Positions 12,489-24,861 of a DNA stretch of 64,000 nt are shown in pieces. Each line of letters opens with the position of its first letter. Positions within the stretch are counted from its first letter, which is position 1. Location of the stretch: positions 496,001 to 560,000 of the forward strand of contig NC_135760.1 of the NCBI RefSeq assembly GCF_052425735.1, given 5' to 3'. The notes under the pieces were generated by a model. The model ran no database searches. It was given only the letters and a program-made list of their open reading frames with translations, and was not told the DNA's origin. The translations under genes and the position numbers were made by a program. The stretch is from Oculina patagonica (taxonomy: Eukaryota).

Positions 12489-14426
12489 TTAAGGGAGCTA
12501 TGTCACGTCATTTGAAGTCATTTTTTTGTGTTTTACCAAATCATTTTCAAATTGACAAAAACCTCTAAATAAAAGATTTCTAAGGTAGTGAAACACCAAA
12601 GAGGAAGTATTCAACGGAAAATGAACAATGATGGATACGAATGAAGAAGACTAAGACATATTAAAAAAAGACAAACTTGGCCAATTTTTTCAAGATGTAC
12701 GGTCCGTGATGTAAATAGACCAAGAACATTTATTCCCATGTACTACATTGTATAAAGACATTATTTTGTTCCAATCTTGAATATTAACTAAGTGAATGAA
12801 TGATATCGAATATGAATGCAGATAGTGTCAAGTGATGACATGAGCATCAAAGTTGTATTTCACAATTTGAGCAATTCCAAAAAGCCTGAAAAAATATCAG
12901 GACTTCAACGGGATTTGAAACCATGACCTCCGCAATACTAGTGTGATGCTCTGAGCAGGCCATATTGTGAACGAGTTTTTCTTGGTGGCTTCAAATACAT
13001 TGTTTACAAAGACATTCTCTCTTAATTTTGCAACAAACTTCCCATGAGTTGATAGTTATCCTACTATTGTTTGGTATCTTAAACTGTATGTTATGAGAAA
13101 GGGCATAGAGTAAGATGTTTACACTTGATGTAATTTAGTTTTAGATATTACTGTTACTTGATATACTTACTTAGATATTACTGTTATTCATGTAATTTAG
13201 TTTTAGATATTACTGTTACTTGAGTTTATAATAAGGCTATTTACATAATAATCAATATTCTTGGTACTATCTTACTTCAGTTCTCTTACAAAGGCAAGCT
13301 TTAGTAAGAGAACTTTTATAACTTATTATAGTATTGCAGTTCTATAGGCGTGTTCTCCAGTGTCTCACTGCAACTTCAGCAATAACATGAGGTATCTTTA
13401 TTACGCCAAGCAGTCATGATCACTTTTTCCAAGATTAAATTGCTGAGCTTTGGTTGTACTCGTAAATGCTCGTGCAAAATTCCGAGTAGTTTATTTAAAA
13501 AGCGAAAGCTCTTCGGCAATTGAATGTGCCTCCGATTGTATGACATAATATTCATTTACCCTGGGAATTACGATTTATAAATATTTATCAATATTCATTG
13601 TACCAACACGGGTCAGGTCGGGTCAGATCGAATTATATTCCTAGAATACCAAAAATACGCTGTAGCGAGGCGGCCTATCAGGCCTTTTGATTTCCACTTG
13701 TTTGTTGTCTGCCGATTTAAGGTGGCTAACTTACTATAGTTTTTCTGAGACTCAGTATTGCGCGCCACGACTTTTTGAATTACAGTCGAACCCCTATTAA
13801 GCGGCCACCCCCCATAAAGCGGGCACTTGTTAAAGTCCCGAAATAGCCAATTTCTAATTTCTGAAACTAGGTAGGGTCATACGGGCAGTTTGTTTAGGTA
13901 ATAATATACAAGCAACAAGTTATCCATTCTGATTGGCTAAGAACACGTCAATTTATCCCAAACCAGTGCAAAAAGTGTAATTGGCAGTGCAAAAAGTGTA
14001 ATTAGCAGTGCAAAAAGTGTAATTGGCAGTGCAAAACGGTGTAATTGAAAATGATTGACAGTTACGGTAGCCTCGTGAAAAATGCATCTTGAACAAACAC
14101 AATGGCGGACGAAAGTGAGACAAAATGTAAACTTTATAACGTAATTTTAATTAAAAGACTTGAAAACGACGCAAAGTACAGAAGTACAACAAACATTACT
14201 ATCTGTCGAGAAGTGTAAAACACGAGGAGTTATCAAAAAGGCAAAGAGGATAAGACATGAACTCGCAATTATTTAATAAGGTCACGGCCGATGGTTACCT
14301 CTTAGTTTTGAACACAGAAGGAGCAAGTGTTCCATTTTAAAGACAGAATGCTCAGCGATTAAGTAAGCTTGTTATTTAAAGCTCGCTCAACAACAAAAGG
14401 CACAAAAGATAGTTTTACAACTGTTA

Positions 14427-14997
14427 GGGCCTGTTTACATGATTCCGGAATGACTTTCATTCCGGAACGAAACTCGTTCCGGAATGAAGTTCGTTCTGCA
14501 TTTACATGACAGAGTCGACCGGTTCAACCAAAGGCATTTTCACGTGCGCGGTTTCCGCGCGAGATCAAAACAAGGTGGCGCATGTTTCGCGCGAGATCAA
14601 AACAAGATGGCGCATGTTTCGCGCAAACATGTTTTTGTGCCCATTATTTGCCGTATCTGCAATTTTAACGAGTAATTTGACCATAGAGCTGCTTCTTTGG
14701 GCTAAACAGTATATGCTATTACTTTTTTCACTCTGAATTCAAATTGTGGAGTCCGTATGCGGTTTAATGAGTTGCGATTTCATCTCGGAACGAAATTCGT
14801 TCTGTGTTTACATGATACCAGAATGAAATGTCATTCCAGAACGAAACTTTCATTCCGGAATGAAAACCGGAATGAACTCATTCCGGAATGACTTGACTTT
14901 CGTCTCGGTATCATGTAAACAGATACAGAGAAATGTATGGGGATGGAATGAATTCGTTCCGGAATGAAAGTCATTCCGGAATCATGTAAACAGGCCC
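14427..14997. mobile_element. MITE with long TIRs and internal ttccggaatga repeats
   Basis: gggcctgtttacatgattccggaatgactttcattccggaacgaa is mirrored at the right end; TA flanks both sides. Confidence 0.8.
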
Positions 14998-15469
14998 TAA
15001 GAGGCAAATCTAACCTAACTAACCTGTAAAACGTCAGTGAAATCAGGTAGCAACGCGGATTTGTAACTGAGTGCTCTCATGTACTAAGAAATTCCGTTCG
15101 GTAGATTTTTATCGTTCAGTATTTCAATTCGGTATTCTGGTCAGCATCATGTGTTGAAGGTTGAATTCTGTTTGGGCGAACACAAACACGGCACGGATCC
15201 GGAGTTTCTTAACGCACCGAAAAAAAATACATCTCAGCAAAGAACGGCAGCAGAACCCTAGGAATTATCTCCTTGCTTTGTCATTCGCATTCTTCAAATT
15301 CAACCTTGAAAAGAGTGAAAAGACTGCACTAAAAACCTTTCATGCAGCACTTCCAGAGAGTGAATGAATATTTACGCATGAATTCACACGTCAAAATTTT
15401 TAGCCAGGCGCTGAAGCGCTAAATGTCACGAAAATTATCAAAGCGTGACCGAAATTGTCGCCTGTATAT

Positions 15470-15486
15470 TATTAACAAGTAATCAC

Positions 15487-15522
<36 letters not shown>

Positions 15523-16236
15523 TTGTAAATTTTTCAAAGACTAACCAAATTGCACTCGCCCTGCGGGCTCGTGCAATTTTGTTAGCCTTTGAAAAATTTA
15601 CTCGTGCTTATTTATGCCAAATTGCACTCGAAAAATCATGTGATTACTGGTACTAATAATACACATACAAAAATTTCACTTGAAGTGGATGACAAACAAA
15701 ACGTGTTCAGTGGCTTACCCTACCGATTCGTTCTTAAACATAACGGAGTTGCCGGGCTTTGTAAAATCCAGATACCGCTAGGGAATTTTAAATCTCTCTG
15801 TCATGCATTATCAGGTACTTTTATCCTTATTCAGTGGTATTAAATGTCCAACTTCAATTCACGCTTGTAATCTTTCTTCTTTACGAGCCGTCGCGTAAGA
15901 AAATCCACGATTGGTAGCTTTCAGTAGTTTCGTAAAGCCTGTCTTGTGCTGTACAAACGTTCAATTCCTAGTACGTTGGTTTATATACTTATAACTTTTG
16001 TAAATCGGTCAAACTTTTCATGAATCGTTATTTTTTTGCTCTCTCAAACACTCCGACATCGGCCGACATTTTGTTTTGGCGCGCTGTCCGACTTTCCTGT
16101 CAATCAATTTAATTTCAACTTTCTGCACTCAATGTCAACTTTTTGCACTCAATTTCAACTTTCTGCACTGTTTGGGATTACTTGACGTGCTCTCAGCCAA
16201 TGAGCATGCAGAAATTTTTGTATGTATATTATTATT
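15470..16236 (-). mobile_element. Putative non-autonomous Crypton-like element (terminal palindrome plus sub-terminal inverted repeats)
   Basis: ~175-bp imperfect palindrome at 15476-15652, then aataatacacatacaaaaatttc inverted at ~16211-16233. Same layout as 54546-55716; a related end lies inverted at ~13900-14050. Confidence 0.5.
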
Positions 16237-17292
16237 GAGAAAATCTTTATTGAAACTACTAGCGCCCAGTCCTCCTTTAAGCACTCGGTCGCTCATTTTG
16301 CCTGTTAATTAGCATTTATAATGTTCAAGTATCGGATATGATGGTTATAGGCTGTAACAAACAGTTATTAGAGAAAAAAACACATCTGAATATTCTACAA
16401 AAGAGTTCAAAATTAAGCTTTATATACCCTCAAAACTGTAGTAAGCCACCTTAATGCAGCTGATAAACGAGCACTTTTGCTCAAACAACACCTCAAATGT
16501 GCCATAAATAATTTAGTGTCATTGACAGGCAACCTGCTACACAATTCCATAGAAAGGAATTACCATTATTTACAAAAAAGTGCAAAACAAAATTAATTTC
16601 ACACTCTTATATCGACGCAAGAATTCACTCGACGTGGTCAATCAAGAGTGGAAAGAAACGCACCATCTCCAGCAGATCAAGACATGCGGTGAGTTTTGCA
16701 ATGAATGTTTTCCTTACCTTGACAGCACTCGGCGAGCTAAGCAGAAACATTCAAAAATAGCCTTTCCAAAGCAGTCTATCATATTTCAAAAAGTGGCATT
16801 CACAGTTTTAGAGAAACCTCATACAGAAAACCATTCGAAAAGAAAGCGGTTAACTGCAAAGGAGTTCGCCAAATAATGTCAGTTGATATATTTTAGACCA
16901 AGCGAATCGTAACGCGATCGCCCCTAAGAACGACCGCGTGGGAGGCTAAAACGTGGGAGGCTATGAGCGAAAACCGTTTTTGACCATTGCAAGAGTGATG
17001 CAACGTGCTTGTTATGTAACTTCAAAAAAACAAAACAAAACATCTAAGGCAAATAAATCCCACTGCTCAACTGTTTGGAAACACGAAATAGCCCTGATGA
17101 TCCCGATTTCAGCACTAAGACTGTACTTTCTAATCACCAGGCCGGAAAAAGACATCTGAACGAGCAATACGACCAGCACGATCACTGATTAAGCAATAGA
17201 AGAAGATTGTTGGAAGCGTCTTCTTGACATGCCCTGAACTTTTTAAAGAGAACTGACAGCAAACTTGTCATATTAAACAAGCTTAAAACATA

Positions 17293-18219
17293 ATGGCGAA
17301 CTTTACTGACGATGAAAACCACACAATCATTCAAGAATACTCTTGCACGATAGGTCTTGGAATACAGCAAAAGATATTTATTTTAGCATTAAATGTTCCT
17401 CTATCCATCACAGCATTTGTTGGAAATATTCTCATCATTGTTGCTCTTCAAAAGGTGTCCTCCGTTCATCCACCATCAAAACTTCTGCTAGGTTGCCTTG
17501 CCAGCACTGATCTCTGTGTGGGTCTCATTACACAGCCTCTTCGCATTAGCTATTTGATGTCTCCAGAACATACAAAGCGTTGTTACTACATTTTGTTATT
17601 TTATTACACCATAGGCTCTATGTTTTGTGGGGTATCTTTGTTAACACTGACTGCAATAAGTGTAGACAGACTTCTCGCCCTGTTGTTGGGACTAAGATAC
17701 AGACAGGTAGTAACTTTAAGGAGAGTGTGGCACCTTATTGTTTCCTTTTGGCTTTTTAGTGCTTCTGTTGCAATAATAGTGTTTTTCAACTTTCTTATTG
17801 TTTTAAGCATCGCCTTCATAGTACTGTTTTTGTGTATAGTAACCTCAACCTTCTGTTACACGAAAATCTATCTTACACTTCGCCATCACGAAACTCAAGT
17901 GCAAGACCATGTTCAGCAAGGACAACTGAATGGAGGAGGAATTGCACTGAATATAGCACGATACAGAAAGACAGTGTCAAGTGCACTGTGGATACAGATG
18001 ACCTTACTGGCTTGTTATCTTCCATATGGTCTAGTGATAGGTATAAATGCAGTCACCGGATTATCTAATTCAACTTTCAACTTTGCTTGGACTATAACAA
18101 TGTCTCTGCTTTTGTTAAACTCGTCCATTAATCCATTTCTGTATTGTTGGAAGATGAGAAAGGTACGACAAGCAGTGAAGGAGACAATCAGACAGTTTTG
18201 CTGTTTTGCTGTTAGTTAA
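17293..18219 (+). CDS. Intronless class A GPCR, array copy 4 (most divergent)
   Basis: 308-aa ORF with GN, LASTD, SVDRL, CYLP and NPFLY motifs. Confidence 0.93.
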   Translation: MANFTDDENHTIIQEYSCTIGLGIQQKIFILALNVPLSITAFVGNILIIVALQKVSSVHPPSKLLLGCLASTDLCVGLITQPLRISYLMSPEHTKRCYYILLFYYTIGSMFCGVSLLTLTAISVDRLLALLLGLRYRQVVTLRRVWHLIVSFWLFSASVAIIVFFNFLIVLSIAFIVLFLCIVTSTFCYTKIYLTLRHHETQVQDHVQQGQLNGGGIALNIARYRKTVSSALWIQMTLLACYLPYGLVIGINAVTGLSNSTFNFAWTITMSLLLLNSSINPFLYCWKMRKVRQAVKETIRQFCCFAVS

Positions 18220-18529
18220 CTGTCTGGTGCACTTAACAGCAGCCATGGATCCCAAGTTGAAAGCAAGACACAAAAATTCAATTCATTTAAAGAAACAGCA
18301 AAAAAGCAGCACGAACGCAATCAACGTCTTCTGCTGTACACGAAAAGGGGTAACAGTATAAACTGGTCGATGAAAATACAGACTTTTTCTCGACAAGACT
18401 TTGAGTAAGTTGTCCCATTCACTGAGTGATTTAAAAACATTTAATTCACCCTCTTATCAGCAATACAAAGTAAAGCAAACAGGTGACGGAAACACAGCGG
18501 AGATTATACCCACAACCTTTCGTACTAAC

Positions 18530-19410
18530 GTTTTATCAAAGAGACCCAATGGGTATCTCGCGATGGAAAGTCATGTATTCAAGGGACAAAGCACAAACCG
18601 ATGGCAGCGAGTGGTACGAAATTGTGTGAAGTTAATTTGCCATTTTGCCATTGTAAGACATATACACATATATAACGTTGTCCTCTTTTTTAAAGGAGCT
18701 AATGCCATGGTATTTCAAGTCACTTTTCTTGATGTACAAAATCATTTTCAAATTAATTTAATTACCTCGAGAAATAGTTTTCTACGGAAGAAGAAAACCA
18801 AAGAGGTAATATTAAATGATAAATAAACAAGGGTGGTTACAACTGAGTAAGATTAAGCTAGGTTATGAAATACAAACTTGAAAAAAATGGCCAACTTTTT
18901 GCTCTGGGCAGGCCATATTGTGAGCGAGTTTTTCTTGGTGGCTGTAAATAAGTTGTTTACAGTCACTTATGTTTCAAAGTTTGCAAACTTTTTCCAAGAA
19001 AGTTATTCTACTATTGTCACCTACAAATGTTGCTGTTATGTGGAAACCGCTTTATACTTAAGGTGGGGTTTCTCTAGTGTTCTTAGCAATGAGTTGCTTT
19101 GATCAACTATTTGTTTAAATCTTAGCTAATGGTTACAAGATAAAAGCCATCTGGTCAGTTAATAGGAATGTATTGATTAGCACTCTATATCAAATACCCT
19201 TATTGATTTGTAAATACATTCATTGTAAAAGTTAAGATGGTGCATGTACTTGAGCAATGTAGTCATTCTCATGCTTTAACATAGGTTTTCCTTCAACTAC
19301 ACATTGAATTCATAAATTATTTGCTAAGTCCACGCAGGGGCACAATCTAATTATTTTACCTTTGAAAGGCAATTCATCCTTCATTTAATGCTTTTAGGAC
19401 ATTTTCAGTC
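18530..19410 (+). repeat. Duplicate of ~1855-2717 (GPCR downstream flank)
   Basis: Shared run from tcaaagagacccaatgggtatctcgcgatggaaagtc to ttttaggacattttcagtctt in both places; the sequences diverge after that. Confidence 0.88.
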
Positions 19411-20377
19411 TTCATTATGAGAGGGCAAGTGGCCCACATAATTTGTAGAATTGTACAGTAAAGTAACTGCATGCATCCTCAGTCAATCGAGAATAAATAA
19501 ATTATACTGGCAAGCACGATTTTGTTGTGTTAGTTCCTGTACTATAATTCTCCAACCAAAAATTGCAAACAGTAATTTACGGTAACAAACACTTATATAG
19601 TTGGACTACGATAGTCACCGGCTGTGCCTCAAATGGTTTATGTGAAATATTTATGTGTAATAGGCCATTTTTGTACTCTCTGACATGGTTGCCACAGACA
19701 TCAGTTTTCAAAATTCCCTGGCCATTCCCTGACTTTCCCTGATAAGAAATTAAATTTCCCTGACCAAAAAAATACAAAATGTCTGATATCATAGTGGCCT
19801 CCAGCCTCTATAAATTTCCAAAAGAAAAACATCCCTGAAATCACATCGACTTGAAATGTTTAATCCCGCCTTCAATGGTATTAAATCAGAGGTGCTATTA
19901 TTTCAATTTTCACTGACTTTTCTTTTAAATGTCAATTTTCCCTAACTCAAAATGAATTTCTCTGACCTTCAAGAATTTTATTTTTCCATGACCGATTTTC
20001 CTGGCTGTGGCAATGTTACCCTGTCTCAGACAAAACTGAATAAAACTTGATTTCAGTGGAGGCTTATGAGTGCAGGGAATCTTTTGAAATGTAAACAACT
20101 TGAAAGTGTTTCTAATCATTTCCATGCATTAGCCTTCACAGCAAGCTTGATCTCAGTCCAGTACCAAGAATATTAAAATGAATGGCATACAGTGTATTAG
20201 AAATTGACTGAGCAGATGAGTAATTTGTTAGATATAGATTTTGTTATAAAACTTAACGCTATAAAGTCACGACGTTTCGACCTCTCCGAGGTACACACAC
20301 TAAGAAATGGGCATAACATGCCAAGACATGCCTCCCTTGGTAGAAATGAATGTGTTTCAGACTTAATGGTTTCATAC

Positions 20378-23300
20378 CTCAAGTTTTGCCTGAAGATATC
20401 TCTGCGCTGGTTATGCTCCTTCCTGTCCACCATGTTAGCATATTTTTTGGGATGTTTAATTAGAAAATGTTCAAACAACTCGTGCACTTTCTCTTGGCCA
20501 TCAGGTTCAATAAACTCTTGCATGGGATTTGCTAGCAGTTTTGACATGACTCCAGGACCAGGGAAGCCTTTGCAAGTCATGTCTAAGTTAACCAAAGGTA
20601 GATAAATAAATAAAAAAACAAACAAACAAACCAAAGAATGAATGAAAAAATGAACGAACGATATTACGGAAGGACGGACGGACAACGACGGTCATGCAGA
20701 AAGATGGACAAACGAACAAATGGACGAATGAGTGAGCGAGCAAACAAGTGGTTGGATGGGTAGGTAGGTAGGTAAATACAGGGTTCATACACTTTTTCAG
20801 GCCAAAAATTCAAGGACTTTCCAGATGGAAAGACGGACAAACGAACAAATGGACGAATGAGTGAGCGAGCAAACAAGTGGTTGGATGGGTAGGTAGGTAC
20901 GTAGGTAGGTAGGCAGGGTAAATAAATAAAGGTGGAATTGAAAAATTTTCAAGGTGGAATTGGAAAATTTTCTGTAATGGCAATTCTCCACCAATTAGCT
21001 CTGAAAAACACTGGTTTTAAAATGGAGGCCGTAGTATGCATTTATTGACTGTGTCTGATGGCTGGATAGACTGCAGGAACTAGATGTGTTTTCCTGGCCA
21101 CCCCATGCCAGCCTAACTCAGTGTTACACACTGAAATACTGTACCTATTACAGGGTTCATACCCTTTTTAACAAACAATTTTCCAGTACTTTTCAAGGAC
21201 TTAAATTGATTTTTCCATGGCCAGGACTCCAAATTCACATAAACCCTTTAACTCCAAAGATCTCAATATTATTTCTCCTTGTTACTGTCTGTACATTTCT
21301 AATAATGTTAATTTTGAGAATTCAGTTGTTACTTGAGTTTAACAGATTTCCAGAACTTCCTAGAACTGGTAGTCTTTTTCTAGGACTTTTCAGTCCTGGA
21401 AAGTGCCACAATAAAATTCCAGGACTTTCCAGGTTTTCTAGGACCCGTACGAAACATGCTATAATTATAATTAAACAAGTTTATATTGAGCAAATTGTCG
21501 AAGAAAACTAACCTTTGATTTCAAAAGTGTCAGGAGGTGGCATTTGAGGTGAGTAGTCCCTGTACTCAACCTCATATTTATCATAGTGTGAACCCAACAG
21601 GGTGTCGTAACCAAGCATTTCGTAGTGAACAGGATATTCAGCATCTACAGTCACAGTCACGGTGTATGTGTTAACTTTGTGCTGCTGCGTCATGACGTAA
21701 GTCCACACTGAGCAGTTGCCTTGATCTTTACAATCCTTGTAACCAACAAACTGGAAACAAAAACATTAACAGTTAATTGAGAGGCAGGGCTGATTGAAAG
21801 GGAAATCCCAGCAATGTGGCTGCAGGTACCAATAATTAAACTGTATAAACAGACAAAGCTTTTTAGTGCCACTTATAGAACTATAGTTGTCGTGTGGAAT
21901 GTTGTCTGTCCACTCAGGCTAGTCAGACTAGATAATTTATCTTTCATTAAGAGGCGACAGGTCATCCCTTTTTTTTCTCTGTTTACCATTGAATATGTTC
22001 CCTAATTTTGGGTTGGTTGGTCGGATTAAAAAAAGTGTCAAAAATCAGGGGCATTCCACTGGAATAGGAGGCCCAGTTCCCAAGCATCACTGCTGTGGAA
22101 GCTGGATGAATGAAATGTGGTTAAAAAATAAACATGGCAGCAATAAGAAAGAAAAGATCAATATTGTGAATACTGAGGTTAAAATCAGCTAAGAAAAGCG
22201 AAAAAAGATGAACCACCAATGCTTCTTTGCGATCTGCCAGCATGATTTTTGTTTTTGAAAATGCCAAAATATGGGTAGGTCGGACGACAGTAAATGAAGA
22301 TAAAAACGACATAGCTATGACTATAATATAAGCCCAATTGGATTTATAATTGAGAGGGCTAATTTCTGGAAGGATTTTTGCATCTGAGCTTTGGGGGGTT
22401 AGTTTTAAAAGTACCTCAAAGTTAGACAGGTCGGGTAAAACAGTCTGGACTGCAACAGGAGCCTTTTCAGTACCATTAACTTCAAAGCAGCTTAATACAT
22501 TAAACTGGGTCTCAGTGGTTTCTGGACAAATCCTGTAACTTGCACCATATGGCTTCACATCTGCTCGTTGATAGGTTTTATCCATCCCTAGAAATAGTTG
22601 TAATTTCATGTCGTAAAATGTTGCTGCTGCTAGTGCATGTTATTAAGGCATTCTCAAACATATGTGCAAAAACAGTTCCATAAACAGGGACAACTGGGAT
22701 TCTAAATGGGTACTGAATCAGAATATCATAGTACAGCTGTGGCCAGGTCCTTAGTATGTGGTCAGAATGGCTTAGTTTGCCAAGCGATCACACACACATG
22801 CAATAACATGGTCAGCACATCTGTCAACATGTAAGACAGCTGCATGCTAATTGACTCAAGAGCTACCTAATTCCTTACTCTCCTCTTGCAGGTAATACTT
22901 TAATTATTGCCTCAGTTTTGGCATCTGTTAATATGTATGGTCTCCACAACTTTTTTGCGATAGCTTATGTCAGGGCTGTCATTAAGGGCTGTAACCTGTA
23001 GCACCTGTTACGACTGAGTTCACTTGATGTTACAGGTGAAGATGACGATTTTTGTTACCGGTATGTTACACTTCTGTACAGAGCAAAATGCTACTGGTGA
23101 TAAATTCAATTTAACAGATGCTTAAAAACTTAATGACAGCCCTGAATGTCACCATTCGGATAATGTGTTATTCCAGAAAATATCCATACCCCTCCCACAG
23201 GAGGTTTTAGGTTTTGAATCCCCCTCCACACTGGAAATTCCCATACTTTGAAAATCCCCATACTTTCCTTTAAAATTTTTAGCTTTTGAGACCCCTCACC

Positions 23301-24861
23301 CCCTCGGAATTTCCAATGACCTTATTCTGTGGGGTGAGTGTGGATATTTTCTGGAACTGTACAATCTAGATAAGCTTTAAGTACCTATCAATATTTTTGT
23401 CAAAAATCACGGCATCATTAGTCAATTCCCAACGGTAATGGGAACTAAAAACAACAGGTGATATAGAGATGGTATTTGAATTTTACCCACGACATTATGT
23501 TCCAGGTTCTATATGTACTCAATAAGGGCTTATGTATTTATAAAATGTTTGAGGAATTACGTGGGAGGCGCGGTGGCCTAATGGTTAGTGCATTCGAGTC
23601 GAACGGCCCGGGTTCGAAGCCTGCCCGGGGCGCTGCGTTGTGTTCTTGGGGAAGACACTTTACTCTCACAGTGCCTCTCTCCACCCAGGTGTATAAATGG
23701 GTACCGGCGAATTTACTGCTAGGGGGTAACCCTTCGATGGACTAGCATCCCATCCGGGGGGAGTAGCAATACTCCTAGTCGCTTAATGCTACGGAAACCG
23801 GGATAAGCTCCGGCTGTATGGGCCACTTGGCTCGGACACAGACTTTACCTTTTGAGGAATTACATGCATTTTGATTTGAGGCTCATTACTTGGAAACAAC
23901 TAGGTGATGGTATTTTTTTTTGATATTATTTTGTCTAAATCAACAGAAATAAATTTTCATTTTTTTTTCATATTTTTCCATAAAATTCTGCTTATAACCC
24001 CCCTCCCCCCACACCTGCTTATAGGTCCATCTTCCTGTACACATCTGATAATTAACCTCCTCCCACCCCACCCCCGCCCTGCACCCCTTCTTTCAATATA
24101 GTTTCAATATTAAAAAAATGAATTTGATTTATTAGAGTTTTAAAGCTAACTGGTAATTCAAAACCAGTGAGTAAAAATCTATTTCAATCAACCCTGCTGT
24201 ACCTCATTTGGAAATGTTTTTTATTCTGCTTATAAGCCCCCTGGATATAAGCCTTCCCATTTATAAGCTCATCCAAAACCCCCAACAAGGTTGTATGAGC
24301 CCAGGACTTATAAGCAGAATTTTACGGTATTTAACTAATTTAAGCCACAATTCAGGTAGTTTTATTTACTTTAAGTAACCTCTCCCCCCTCCTCTCCACC
24401 ACAACCACTCAAAAGCCCAACAAATACTGAATCAAACGAAACTAAGCATTTTTTTTATTAAATAATCCCATATTAATTATGCATGCAACTATTTTATACT
24501 TTCACTTTTCACAAAGAACGAGTCAGTCAGAAAATTGTATGCATAATTAATGTATGGGGCTGTGCGGAAATCTTGCCCGTTTTACTCGAAGTTTTTACAT
24601 TTTCGGTCCCAATACGGCGTAAACGGTTACCTTGATAGAAACCTTACCTCCATAGAAATCGATTCTGCTTCTGCCATTTTGGCCATCAAAGAAGGCTTGG
24701 AATGGTTCCACAATTTCAGCGTAAGGCAACCTGAGCACTCCAGCGACAGTGTAAACGTTGGACCATGTTGGAGGTGAATTCACATGACCTCTCACATCCA
24801 CTGGTTTTCCAAACGTAACAGACAGAAAACACAAAGAAATCGCATAGAAAAGCGCTGCCAT
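20378..24861 (-). CDS. 26/29-kDa proteinase / counting-factor-associated protein D-like cathepsin (C1A), 5' part only: signal peptide, N-terminal 26-kDa domain, start of the I29 propeptide
   Basis: Phase-consistent GT-AG exons 24861-24648, 22587-22415, 21750-21513 and 20582-20378. They encode MAALFYAISL..GVLRLPYAEIVEPF..SRIDFYGG..PVHYEMLGYDTLLGSHYDKYEVEY..CKGFPGPG..NPMQEFI..EHNQRRDIFRQNLR, motifs typical of this family. Confidence 0.85.
20690..20915. repeat. Local duplication with low-complexity (GTAG/GGAC/GAAT) repeats
   Basis: ggacaaacgaacaaatggacgaatgagtgagcgagcaaacaagtggttggatgggtaggtaggta occurs twice. Confidence 0.75.
23561..23850 (+). mobile_element. Full-length tRNA-derived SINE with CORE-like body
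   Basis: A-box tggcctaatgg, B-box ggttcgaagcc and body ttggggaagacactt..cagtgcctctctccacccaggtgtataaatggg. Perfect 13-bp target duplication tttgaggaattac at 23548-23560 and 23851-23863. Confidence 0.88.

Noticed and set aside
18401-19102. ORFs repeated at 1858-2410 and 18401-19102
   Set aside because: The similarity reflects recent duplication of the GPCR downstream flank; frames differ by indels between copies and the starts are non-ATG.
20130-20200. KLAV-containing stretch on - as the possible next cathepsin exon
   Set aside because: No in-phase acceptor yields an FIHSxNR..KLAVNHLAD-like sequence, and the frame closes within a few codons.
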